Below, piece by piece: positions 53,125 through 64,000 of a stretch of DNA of 64,000 bases (positions are counted from its first letter, which is position 1; every line of letters starts with the position of its first letter). Source of the DNA: Amoebophrya sp. A120 (taxonomy: Eukaryota > Protista > Dinoflagellata); NCBI GenBank assembly GCA_905178155.1, contig CAJINV010000002.1:3052515-3116514 (forward strand). Direction: 5' to 3'. Below the pieces are notes generated by a model, which was not told the DNA's origin, did not search any database, and was given only the letters and a program-made list of their open reading frames with translations. The position numbers and the translations under genes were made by a program.

Positions 53125-54944
53125 TGAAGCTCTTGCGGATCGAGATGGAGTGGGATCGTGTGAAGAGTTTTTTTACGACTTTTTGATGAAACACACTACG
53201 ACGCACGACACTAAGCTGCTCTTAGTCTCAAATAAAGCTCAAAAAGTACTATGTTCGAGGGGGTACTATACTAGTTAGGGGAACAACATCAAACAAACAA
53301 CTTCGAAGTCTGAGTTATGATTATAGCTTTTTGGAATTTATAGAGGAAATGATGGATAAAAAAGCGAAAGTGATAGATATTACTGTGATGGAAACGGAGC
53401 GGGGTCCACTCCTCGTCGTTCGTGGACAAGCATTTCGCGTGTTTCTACTCTCGAAACATATGTCTATACGGTGCAGATTACGGACGATGCTCCACATTTG
53501 ATGTACCTCCGAGGCGACAGCGACACTCCGACAAGCGACAACATAAATCCTACCACAATTTTGCGGAACGAAGTTGCATTTTTCTAATGCGGCAATATTT
53601 TTTTGCCGCAGAAGATCCAGATGATCTTCGGAGACGCATTTTCTTGTTTGCCCCATGAACGAGAAGATAGAATAAGTAGAAGAACGGCGTGGAATAAATT
53701 TTGTTTATTCGAGTGGTGTGGTGATTTGACAATTTTTTTGCCCACTGATGTCCATCTGGTGCTAAGAAAAAGGAAAAGAAATTTTAAAACTGCCCGTCTG
53801 TATGTAATAGCCGGGCTTCTCTACATTTTTTTAACAGCATTGCTAGACACTTCTTTCGATTATGTAGCAGCAATTTCTCCCTGATCTGTACCTTAAACAA
53901 TCGTATCGATGGTTATTTCTCTCGTGCCACTGCACCTGCTCGTAAGGGGGCAAGGTTCTGCTTATCTGCGAACGATGAAAATTATTACAACCAAACTACT
54001 TGCTCTACTTCTGGTTCTGTTTTATAAACCAGCTGCTTTACACTTCGCTGCGAAGACTTCGGCGAAGCTTATTCAGACCAAAGCTAAAAAAAAAAAAGCA
54101 AAAAACCAAAAAAAAAAAAAACATCCTCTTTCAACATTTTGATGAGTGGAAAAAAATTACAGTTTTGGAAAAGCAGCTGCTCGTAGGCATTTCTGCTTCG
54201 GCTCTCGCTATGGCAACGTCGTCGGAGAAGTCTCAGTTGCCAAGAGAAGAATATCGAGACGTCAACAAAGTTTCAAAACAAGCTGTTCGTCTTTAGGCCC
54301 CCCAGCAAGATTTTTACGATAAACTACCACGACACTGGCCTCTGAAAAAGAAAAACATTCCCTCATCAGATCGTCGTCATTCGTTTTCGTTGAGTGAAGT
54401 ATGAAGTAGAGTCTCGGACATTATTATAGCCGTCTCAACTATGTGAAGATTAGAGACAAAAACTGTCTTCGATCGATCTGCCCTTCGTCGAATGTCGTTG
54501 AATTCTTGTGCGTCGAGGTACTTAAGGAGGGTATAAAACAAGATAGAAGATGAAGAAGAGCAGTTTGATATCGTAGCTCCGTTGCCGGCACCGGTGGGTC
54601 GTCGTTTTGAAGATCTGACTACAAATACTTCGATCGTCATTCGCCGTTCGTTGGAATCGTGGCTGTCGATATTTTCATTGTTGACCATGTTGGTCTCGTC
54701 GTTATATTTGCTTTTCTTTCTCAACACAACAACCAGCAGGTTTCTTTTTTTTCAGTCAAATTGGGGCATTTGTTTGGCTGCATCAATTGAACAGGGGACG
54801 ACGTTCTTGATATAACTCCGATGTGAGAACAATGTTCATTCGAAGAATAAAACACTGCTAGCACAACACTAGCAACAAATTCAAAACTGCAACAGCGAAA
54901 GATCATTTAGAATTTATTTCCGCTAGAAACATACGAAGACAAAC

Positions 54945-57900
54945 ATGCAGACCCCTCCAAGAATACTTCCACCACAAGGAGGTCGGATGTCCCCCCGGGG
55001 ACCTCAGCAGCAGCGCAGTCCGCGGGGACCCAGGGTTGAGGCCGATGCGGGTTGTTTTATGGTGTTCTCAAATCGGTTACCTTCTCAACTGTTACATGAA
55101 TTTGTCATGCAGAACTACCATCATCATCCACAAGATCAAGCTGCTTCGCATGACAAATTTGTGAAGGGCTAAGCAGCACCTGAATCTGCGCGGGATTTGT
55201 AATGCATTTTTTGCAAGCTTCCCCCTTTTGCTTTTGCCATTCTTGCATTACAGATTCATGTAACAGTTGGGAATGTAACGTTTGAGAACGCCATATGTTT
55301 CGCGACCGCCATGTGGATCCGGTTTGCGGCGCTAGTGATCGGGGTCTTTTACTATCATGTGCAAAAGTATCGTACTCGTAGTAATCGCAGTCATGCATTA
55401 CAGATCTCCCTCTTAACCTAAATCCGCATTACAAATTCCATTTTTCATGCTGATGGAATTTGTCATGTGATTTATACTAGTACGATGCTTTGCATTGCAT
55501 ATTTACCTGATCATGGCGATCTCGGTGTTTACCAATTACCAGACGCACAAAGCCGACATCGACGCCGACCAGATGTACAATCCGGGCGGGAAGGATGCGT
55601 ATCACACCAAAAAGTGTTCACGTTAATACGGAATTTCGCATGCAGAAATCAATGCATGAGAGATAATGATGCCCAAATTTGTATTGCATAGCATGCATGA
55701 TAGCGAAAATTTGTCATGCATCACTGCCATGCCCCAAAACCGTTGAGTTAACGCTAACACTTTTTTGCTTGATAGTGCGCAAAAGCAGGCCATGCTCGGG
55801 GTTGCACCCTTCGAACAGGCCGCGGGCGCTATGCATTGCAAATATAATATGTCTGGGTCTGGAAGAGTGTTGTAACTTGTCATGCTACATCTGGATCGTG
55901 GAAAAATTTGTGTTGCATGAAGATTACCAAAAGAGGTCCACTTTTGAACAAGTTTAGAGGCAGTTTCTCATGCAGAAAAGGCATGATAGAGATCTCACAG
56001 AACCTGTCATGCTAGGCCGTCGTGCATGACAGACCGCGCGGGTCATGGAAAACCTGCATGACAAACCTAGCACTCTTCCAGACCCAGACTACATTTTTGC
56101 ATTTGATAGGCGCGGAGAAGAAACAAGAACAGCAGGAGGGGGAACAGCAGGAAAACGCGGAAGAGGCGGCCGCGGAGACCGGATCGGAGGAAGAAGAGGT
56201 CGAGGGCGAAGTAGAGACCGCGCCGGGGGAAGATGGACTACAGGAGGAAAACATTGCCGCTGAAGGAGAGGAAGCGAAGCTGGGAGAGGAAGTTGTAGAC
56301 GAAACGGGTGTATCAAATGCAAATATGTCTGGGTCTGGAAGATTCGGGGAGTTTGTCATGCGCATTCGTGCATGACCCAAGACACCTGTGATGCATGCTG
56401 TAGCATCACAGTTGTTCTCGCAAAGCCTTGTTAATGCCTATTCTGCATGAGAAATGCCCTCTCCGGGTGGCAAAAATTCCAGCCCCTTTTGCTGCTCAGG
56501 CAATACAGATTTTTCTATCATCGACAGTTAGCATCACAAATCCCATTCTTTCCAGACCCAGACATTTTTACAATCCATATGGTGCAGGAGCTGCTGGAGC
56601 CAGTACTACGCCGGAGGAACAGGCGGCAGCGGCGGAGGCTGCTGATGCTGCGGCTGCTGATGCTGCGACCACTGCAGCGACGTTGTCCCCGGCGGAAGAA
56701 GCAGCAGCCGCTGCTGCTGCGCAGGATGCTGCTGCGGCGGAAGACACTCGTGCCGCGGCGCAAGAGCTACTGGGCGCCAATCCTGCCGCTTCTTCCCCCG
56801 CTGGTGCAGCTGCCTCCTTCCTGGAAGATGATGAGCAGGTGGGAGATGAGCAAGCTGTTGTTGAGGAAGAGACTACGACTCCCGCAGGCGAGGACAATGA
56901 AGTTGAGGAAGTGGAGTATTCCCTGAAAATTAACCAGCCCCATCCAATTTGTCATGCAAAACATGTATAAAATTCTGTGTCTGTCATGCAAATCAAAAAG
57001 TGGTTGGGGATGGTTAATTTTCAGGCAATATGGAGCCGCCGGTGCACATCGAAACGAAGGATCATCTATGCACTGCAAAAGCGTTTATCGTACTCGTACA
57101 GTTACAATTGGAATTGCAGCCATGCAATACAAATGTCTTTCTTAAGACAATTCCGCACTACAAATTCAAATTATATTTCCCATGTTGGTGAGCAGATAAT
57201 TTGTGATCATGCGATTACTACTAGTACGAGCAGATTTGTGATGCAGCTTTGCAACGCATACCACCAAGAGCAGGACTATGCCACGGTGATTGAGTACACG
57301 GATGCCAAGGGCGCAAAACTGATGCAGAAGACCTTTTTCTTCCCGCCCGGGTACTTTCCCACAAGGGAGGCTTATAGCCCGCTCAGGTGTTACAATCTCA
57401 AACGTTACAATAGAATATAGAAATCTGTGATGCAAGAGTGCATGACCTAGCCAACTCTCATAGGATTGATTGCGCATGACAAGTTCCGGAGCCCGGAAGC
57501 CCACTACAGTCTGGCGATGGCGAAATTTGTATTGCAGAAAACGGAACGCTCTGCGAGTCTGTCATGCTCTGCTCATCACGCAATACAAAACCCAGACTCT
57601 ATTGTAACGTTTGAGATTGTAACGCTTGAGCAGGTCATAAGGCTGCCAAGGACTTTTTGCAGGGCAAGATGGACGAGATCAGCGGCGGGGACTCCGGACA
57701 CAAAGTCGTGAAACTCGACACGGTTCTACTCTACCGCCGCGTTTGGAACAACATCGAAGAGGGAAAGGACGGGAAACCGGCGACCAAGGTGAAAGAGTAC
57801 CGGGATCGAGTCTCGCAAATGGAGCGGATGATCACCCTGTTCGCCCGCGACCTCGTGCTTGCAGTGCTGTGGCTGGTATCAAACGCAAAAATGTCTGGGT

Positions 57901-60900
57901 CTGGAAGACTGCCAGGTTTGCCATGCATATTTTGCACAACCCATGATGCCTGTAATGCATGACCTAGCATCACAGATTTTAAAAGGGCCTTCTGATGCGT
58001 ATTCCGCATGAGAAACGCCGACTCCGCGTAGCACAAACTGAACTCTCTTGCTGGTCGTGCAATACAGATTTTTGTTACCCTCCAAAGACAGCATCACAGG
58101 TTGCAACCTTCCAGACCCAGAAACTTTTGCATTTGATAGCTGGTTCTGGCGTGCAGCACACGGAAACCGGTGGTCACGCTCATCGCCCTTACCCTCGTGT
58201 TATCAACTGTAAAAATCCCTGGATGTCTGGAAACTTGTGTTGCTGGTTGGCGTATCATGAGCCGGCCACAAGTGCTGGCTCAGCATGACAAGTTTCTGAG
58301 CTTCGAGGTGTAGCCTATTGTGCATGACAAACTGCGTTTCTGCATGACAAAAAAACGGGGCCCTTGGGTAACGTGCATGGCAGACTTTCGGGTCATGCTG
58401 GCAGAGCATGACAGACCTTCCATTCTTCCAGACCCAGACATTTTTAAAATCCATACGTGTTCGGTGTCGCGACCATGGTGCTCATGTACATTGGTCTGTG
58501 CACCGACCAGGTCGGGCCCTACCGCTTCGACCCGTCGGAAAGCGTATGCATTGCAAAACAACAACAAGTATCGTACTCGTACAAATGCATTACAAATTTC
58601 CGCAGCATGAGAAATGCGGAATTACCTTAAGAACAGGATTTGGAATGCATGACTGCAGTACAACGAGTATGATACTTTTGCACAGGATAAAGTGCTGGCT
58701 TGAACAAGACCGAAGCGGGTGCGACGGACACGACCCATCCGATACCAAATGCAAATATGTCTGGGTCTGGAAAAGTGCAACGTTTGTCATGCACGTTTTG
58801 CATGACGCATGAGGTCTGTGATGCATGCCCTAGCATCACAACTTCTGTGAGTTCTTTGCCATGCATTTTCCGCATGAGAAACTGCCTCTTGGGCTTCTCA
58901 AAAGTGTACAGCTTTATTGGTAATCATGCAACACAGATTTAGCATGACAAATTGCACTCTTGTTCCAGACCCAGACATGATTGCAATGCATACCCGAAAA
59001 CGGACGCCGATTTCCTCATGTGCGCGAAGCATCTGTTTGACGCCACCGAAGAACTGAACCTGGAGATCCAGAAAGCGCTGGCGGCAGATATGACCTGCTC
59101 AAACGTTACAATCTCAAACGTTACAATGGAGCCTGGATTATGTATTGCATGACGAGCATGACAGACTCGGACAGCATTCCGCTTTCTGCAATACAAATTT
59201 CGCCAGATTCTAATGCGGTTTGGGGCTCCGAAACTTGTCATGCGCAATCCTATGAGAATTGGCCAGATCTTGCACTTCTTGCATCACTGATTTCCACATT
59301 CTATTGTAACGTTTGAGATTGTTGTAACACCTGAGCAGGTTATAGCAGAAGGCAAAAAAGAAGAGAAAACTACCGACCAGGAGCCTGGAAAAGCTGCGGC
59401 GGAACAAGAGGCTGCATCCAACGAGGGTGCTGACGCCGCCGGCCAAGGGTCTGCAGGTGTAGAACCAGCAGCGGCGGCTGGTGATGGTCTTAGTGAAGAG
59501 CAAGCTGGTACAGTAGCGGTTGGCGATGGGACGCCGGCAGGAGCTGGTGCAGGGGAAGGAGCAGCTGCAGGAGATGAACAAGCAGCAGGCGACGCTGCGG
59601 CGGGGGACGTCGCCGCGGGTGGTGATGGAATTACGCCGGCAGAAGAAGCCGCTACCGTTACCGAAGCTGGCGGAGCTGGAGACGGGCTCACGGCGCAACA
59701 ACCAGCAGTGCAGCAGCAACCTGCAGGACCACAACCAGCGGCCTCCTTCGTCTCGAAAAAGGAGCACATCTTCACGGTGAATCAGCAGAAGCTCGTCATG
59801 GCGACCCGGCTCGGCAACGAAGCCTCCAAGATCGAATTGCACCAAGCCGATCGATATGCATTGCAAATGTATCGTACTAGTTGCAGTTAAATGAAATTTG
59901 TAATGCGGATTTGCCTCAGCGAAAATGCATATTAACAGCAAGCACTACGAGTACGATACTTTTGCACAGGATAATCGACGGAAGAAGACTGGAGTTGTGC
60001 TCCGACAGAGCGTCGGCGAGAACAAGAACTCGTTCCTTGGTGTCGACGTTTCTCAGAAGAAGAAAAAGCAACCACCAAGCAGTGCGGTGGAAAACGTCGG
60101 CGACCTGCTTACCGACACGGAGACAGGTGTTGCGGATGCTGGTGGGGAGAAGCTTGCTGACATCGCCCCACAAACGGTTGACGGCTCCGCACAACCTTCC
60201 GAGGGCGAAGAAGAACTGAGTGAAGCTGAAAAAGCCGCGATTCTTGCAGCTTCTGCTGGCGGTGTATGCATTGCAAAAGTATCGTACTAGTATGAATTGC
60301 ACTACAAATTTCCTCAGCATGAAAAATGGAATTTGTAGTGCGGATTTGCCTTTAAGAGAGAGATTTGTAATGCATGGCTGCAATTACTACGAGTGCGATA
60401 CTTTTGCACAGGATACGGCGCTGCTGGTGCATCTTCTGGATCCGGCTTGTCTGAGGCTGAAAAAGCTGCCATCCTCGCAGCTATCAAATGTAAAAATGTC
60501 TGGGTCTGGAAGAATGCAACTTGTCATGCTAAATCTGAAGCATGCAAAAATCTGTGTCGGATGATTACCAAAAGTCGTCCAGTTTTGACCAAGTCGGGAG
60601 GGAGTTTCTCATGCAGGATAGGCATGAGAGAGATCGCGCAAAATCTGCCATGCTAGGTCCTGCATTCCAGGCTTTATGGGTCATGGAAAAGCTGCATGAC
60701 AAATCGCGCATTCTTCCAGACCCAGACATTTTTACATTTGATAGCAGCCTCAGGTGAACAAGATGGGGTGCAAGAAAGTACGGACGGTTTGTCTGAAGCC
60801 GAAAAAGCTGCGCTCGGGGCTGCACAACAGGATCAGCAAGCTGGTGTTCTTGCGGATGGAGCAACCCCAACCTCGCCCGGAGGTGATCCTACAGAGTTGA

Positions 60901-62804
60901 AGATAGGAGACGAAGTGACAGATGCGGTTTACGACGGGGACCTGCCACAAGTCACCGTCGACGGGTATGGCGTGCTCAAACGTTACATTTTCAACTGTTA
61001 CATGAATTTGTAATCCAACAATGGCAAAAGTGAAAGGGGGGACCTTGCGCGTCTTGCATTACAGATTTGGCACAGATTGTAATGCTATTTAGCTTGTCGA
61101 AACCTTGTCATGCGAAGAAGCTTGATCGCGAGAAGCATGATAGTGATTCTGCATGACAAATTCATGTAACAGCTGAGAATGTAACGTTTGAGAGTCCCAT
61201 TACGGGGAATCTGCTTCGAAGGTCACCGCCTTTGCCCATCACGAACGTGTATGCATTGCAAAATTTCCGTCGTGGTCCTGCTGCAACACTAAATGCGGTA
61301 ATGATACAACGTGAACATGTAGCTGACGGGTCGTGTGTGATGCTGATGATGATGGTACGTATCTGCTGACTCCGCATGACAGAATCCATGATTTTTGATT
61401 GTCGTCCAAATAAAGTTTGTCATGCAATTACTGCTAGCATCGGATGCTTTTGCAATGCATAATGGGATCTGATCTCCAACATTGTCACCGAATTCCGCAC
61501 CAGTACCTACGCGCACCCGGATCTGGGTGACACGAGTGACGACGAGCAGATTTCCACTTTTCGGTATGATGAGATAAGATTGGTTTCTAGGAGTTGATCT
61601 TTTTTTTGTCATGCGTAAGGGTGCAACATGGGAACGAATTTTTTCATCTGTCATGCGGCGCAGAATAGATCGAAATCGTTTACATAGAAAATTTTTTATC
61701 ACAGGTTCTTTGTCTCCCTGCTCTTCGTCCTGTTCTCTCTGGTCGCCGTTTCCGCCGGTCTGTTTGTCTATGACAAGGAGGAGGAATGGGAGGCGCTGCC
61801 GTGCTTATGAGAGTGCACAACCCCCCCTGCCCCCCCTCATTTGTCATGTTGCAAAATGCTTAATTAAGAGCCTTGGCTCTTGGCACTGTTTGCATGACAA
61901 GTTTTGGCGGCCCAAATAGCACTACAGTCCTGTCAAATTTGTCATGCAAATCCTGTATTCTTGCTGACGCTTGTATTGCTGTTCATTCAATAGAAATGAG
62001 GGGGAGGCGGGGGGGTTTTGCACTTTCATAGTGCTGCGCAGAGTACTACTACGAACTGGACACCACCAACCCTATCAAATGCAAAAATGTCTGGGTCTGG
62101 AACATTCTAAACTTGTAATGCTGCCTGTCTCTGGATTCTAAAAAGATTTGTATTGCATGACCAGCAGAAGGACTCCAGTTTGTGCTACGCGGGGATGGCA
62201 TTTCTCATGCGGTAGAGGCATCACAAAGTCCTCTACAAATCTGTGATGCTAGGGCATGCATCACAGACATCACGAATCATTCAAAATAAGCATGACAAAC
62301 CTGGCAATCTTCCAGACCTAGACACTTTTGCAGTTGATAAACCCCAACAACGTGCAAATCATCAAGATCCCGGCCAAGGAATACGAGGCCCGAGGCACCA
62401 CGCGGTCCCCGACCAGCCCGGGCGCCGGGACGCAATATCAAACAAAAAAAGTTCGTCACACTCACCCATGTTGCGCATTTTTGCAATAAGAAACTTTCTG
62501 TCATGCGCAAAAATGCATCACAGCCAAACTGCAGAAGGGATGCCCCCAGTGTTTCTGCAATACAGGGGGCAGCTGTATTGCTAAAATTTGTAAAATGCAA
62601 AGCCTGCAAATTAGTGACTCTGAGTCTGATTGTGGCAAACTTTGTTCTCGCCATACGCAAGCAGGGGCTTCTTCTAGTAGTCAACGACAACCGACATCGA
62701 ATCGGCAACCGACGAATCCGCAGGTGGTCATGGGCGAACCAGTGCCGGTCGCGCAGCCGGGAGCTGGCTACGAGAGGGCCATGGCTGTGCAGCACTTTGT
62801 ATAA
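54945..62804 (+). CDS. Predicted four-transmembrane protein with two long Ala/Glu-rich loops; 22 element-derived introns
   Basis: Continuous frame from ATG 54945 to TAA 62804 after excisions; hydrophobic segments WIRFAALVIGVFYLIMAISVF, DLVLAVLWLVLAC, VVTLIALTLVFGVATMVLMYIGL and FFVSLLFVLFSLVAVSAGLFVY. Confidence 0.8.
55058..55295. mobile_element. Introner family H
   Basis: DR TGTTT/TGTTT. Confidence 0.88.
55353..55501. mobile_element. Introner family B
   Basis: DR TTTAC/TTTAC. Confidence 0.9.
55600..55774. mobile_element. Introner, singleton family
   Basis: TATCACACCAAAAAGTGTT / AACACTTTTTTGCTTGATA; DR ATGCG/GTGCG. Confidence 0.85.
55830..56108. mobile_element. Introner family A
   Basis: DR GGCGC/GGCGC. 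Confidence 0.9.
56311..56579. mobile_element. Introner family A
   Basis: DR GGGTG/TGGTG. Confidence 0.88.
56917..57030. mobile_element. Introner family D
   Basis: TATTCCCTGAAAATTAACCAGCCCCA / TGGGGATGGTTAATTTTCAGGCAATA; DR TGGAG/TGGAG. Confidence 0.9.
57067..57260. mobile_element. Introner family B, degenerate
   Basis: DR TCATC/CCACC; frame restored. Confidence 0.78.
57373..57639. mobile_element. Introner family H subtype with duplicated subterminal CTCAAACGTTACAAT
   Basis: DR AGGCT/AGGCT. Confidence 0.9.
57877..58138. mobile_element. Introner family A
   Basis: DR GCTGG/GCTGG. Confidence 0.9.
58201..58455. mobile_element. Introner family A (inverted relative of 33861-34114)
   Basis: DR CGTGT/CGTGT; shares the variant TIR AAAAATCCCTGGATGTCTGG. 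Confidence 0.9.
58545..58689. mobile_element. Introner family B
   Basis: DR AAGCG/AAGTG. Confidence 0.88.
58743..58992. mobile_element. Introner family A
   Basis: TAC..ATA; DR TCCGA/CCCGA. Confidence 0.88.
59089..59344. mobile_element. Introner family H subtype (inverted relative of 57373-57639)
   Basis: DR GCAGA/GCAGA. Confidence 0.9.
59855..59973. mobile_element. Introner family B, internally deleted
   Basis: DR ATCGA/ATCGA. Confidence 0.88.
60265..60415. mobile_element. Introner family B
   Basis: DR CGGTG/CGGCG. Confidence 0.9.
60482..60743. mobile_element. Introner family A
   Basis: DR GCAGC/GCAGC. Confidence 0.9.
60966..61201. mobile_element. Introner family H (ends ATT; inverted relative of 55058-55295)
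   Basis: DR ACGGG/ACGGG. Confidence 0.88.
61250..61461. mobile_element. Introner family B-like, degenerate
   Basis: TATGCATTGCAAAA / TTTTGCAATGCATA; DR ACGTG/ATGGG. Confidence 0.78.
61564..61704 (+). other. GT-AG intron retaining introner remnants
   Basis: GTATGAT..TTTTATCACAG, with internal TGTCATGC motifs; GT-AG splicing gives TFRFFVSLL. Confidence 0.7.
61806..62030. mobile_element. Introner family C-like
   Basis: TATGAGAGTGCACAACCCCCCC / GGGGGGGTTTTGCACTTTCATA; DR GTGCT/GTGCT. Confidence 0.9.
62073..62339. mobile_element. Introner family A
   Basis: DR AACCC/AACCC. Confidence 0.9.
62436..62655. mobile_element. Introner, singleton family with imperfect TIR
   Basis: TAT..ATA; DR CGCAA/CGCAA; frame restored to the stop. 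Confidence 0.82.
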
Positions 62805-64000
62805 ATATTTTTTTTTTTGGCTGTCAATGCAAGTTTCAGTTTCTTACCCTCGATAGTTGTTCTTTCGTAGCTTGAAAACAAAAACTACATGCAACAGAAA
62901 ATGCTATTTTCACGCGACACGTTGCAACACAGATATGACTCTTGAAGCAGAAAATCAGTTTGACAAACTTCTACCCGTAGTTCACCATCGATATATGCCA
63001 TTCATGCAACACAAGAAAAACAAACATCAAACAGGAACCCGCGCCCGTCAGCGGACGGTCAAAGAAGTCCAAGCGCCAGGTGCTATCGGAATAGAAAATG
63101 ATTGCTAGCACCAGAGTTGAGTACAACAGTTTAATTTCTTGTCATTTCAGAGCAGGCGAGGCTTGAAAAAATAAAGTGCCTCAAGCATAACTTTTTCGCA
63201 TGACAAATCAGTTCATGTCGTGCAACTGTGCCAGCAGGCATTTTTTGGCATGATACCCTGTTGACGACCAGGTGGAGATCATCGGGTGAAGAAAAGTTAT
63301 CGATGGGTGAAAGCGATTACTTTTCAAAGGGACAGTGGCATCAATGTAGCATGCCTAAATCTAGAAGTTTCGAACGAGAGTGTGTTTATTAGCATCACAG
63401 ATTTGCTCCTTGTTTTTACAGTTTACACATCACAGTATCACAGTTGCTTGTCAGAGTTTCACGCAGCAGAAAATTTCACAGTTTAGAAAACCTTTAATGC
63501 ACAATGAGAGAGAATCAGACGACGAGAATCTGAATTTTTAATATTCATTTTCGAGTGGGAACGAACCAAACGCGGTAGCAACCAGCAGACCAAGACCTTC
63601 TTTTGACTTTTACAGCAGGAATAGCATTTCAGAATCTTTTGACTAACCTAGTTTGAATTTAACAACGTAACTTGAATCAGATTTCCAACTTGTAACAATA
63701 AATTGCATCAGAATCAGTTTTTGTCGAGAACGTAACAGAACCCTTGTTGAAACTAGCTACAATTTAACTTTTATTTGATTTGAACAATTTTACGCATATT
63801 ACTGTTTACCTGTTTGAGCATCTTCAACTAACGTACCGGAATTACGATTTACAATGTAGCCTTGTTTGTTTTGATTTTCAGCTTCTAACAGCGTTTCTAT
63901 CTTTGTTTGACTTTTAGCAGATTTACGAATTTTTTTGTTGCACGATGAACAAAAGTGGCGGGCTTCTATCACACTGAAAAGCGCAACAAGACTCCAACAC

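Noticed and set aside
54080-54121. Long A-runs as a retroposon poly(A) tail
   Set aside because: No TSD or upstream element body; such A-runs are common in the local intergenic DNA.
63180-64000. AT-rich end with a few GCATGACAAA-like and GAATCAG motifs
   Set aside because: No paired TIRs, DR or regular period found; may be a relic or UTR/intergenic sequence.

Overview
Eukaryotic genomic DNA containing nine protein-coding genes, all on the + strand. The dominant feature is a mass invasion of exons by short (about 115-350 bp) MITE-like elements that act as non-canonical introns ('introners'). I traced 63 of them inside coding sequence, plus one nested inside another. Almost all begin TAT (rarely TAC), end ATA, carry family-specific terminal inverted repeats (TIRs) and are flanked by a 5-bp direct repeat (DR). 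Removing the element plus one DR copy restores the reading frame in 62 of them; the remaining decayed one splices as GT-AG. The repaired frames yield recognisable proteins: an HtrA/DegP protease, a P1B heavy-metal ATPase, an alpha/beta-hydrolase domain and a 4-TM protein with 22 insertions. This architecture matches the inverted-repeat introners described for the parasitic dinoflagellate Amoebophrya; the taxon is my inference. Features beyond that basic description: elements sit in both orientations, unrelated families share an internal motif, one insertion is triply nested around an 18-bp hairpin, one introner carries about 0.77 kb of cargo, and several elements appear to be converting into GT-AG introns. 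No transposase, RNA gene or CRISPR array was recognised. Most short ORFs in the supplied track are artefacts. Splice junctions are inferred from frame restoration, not transcripts.
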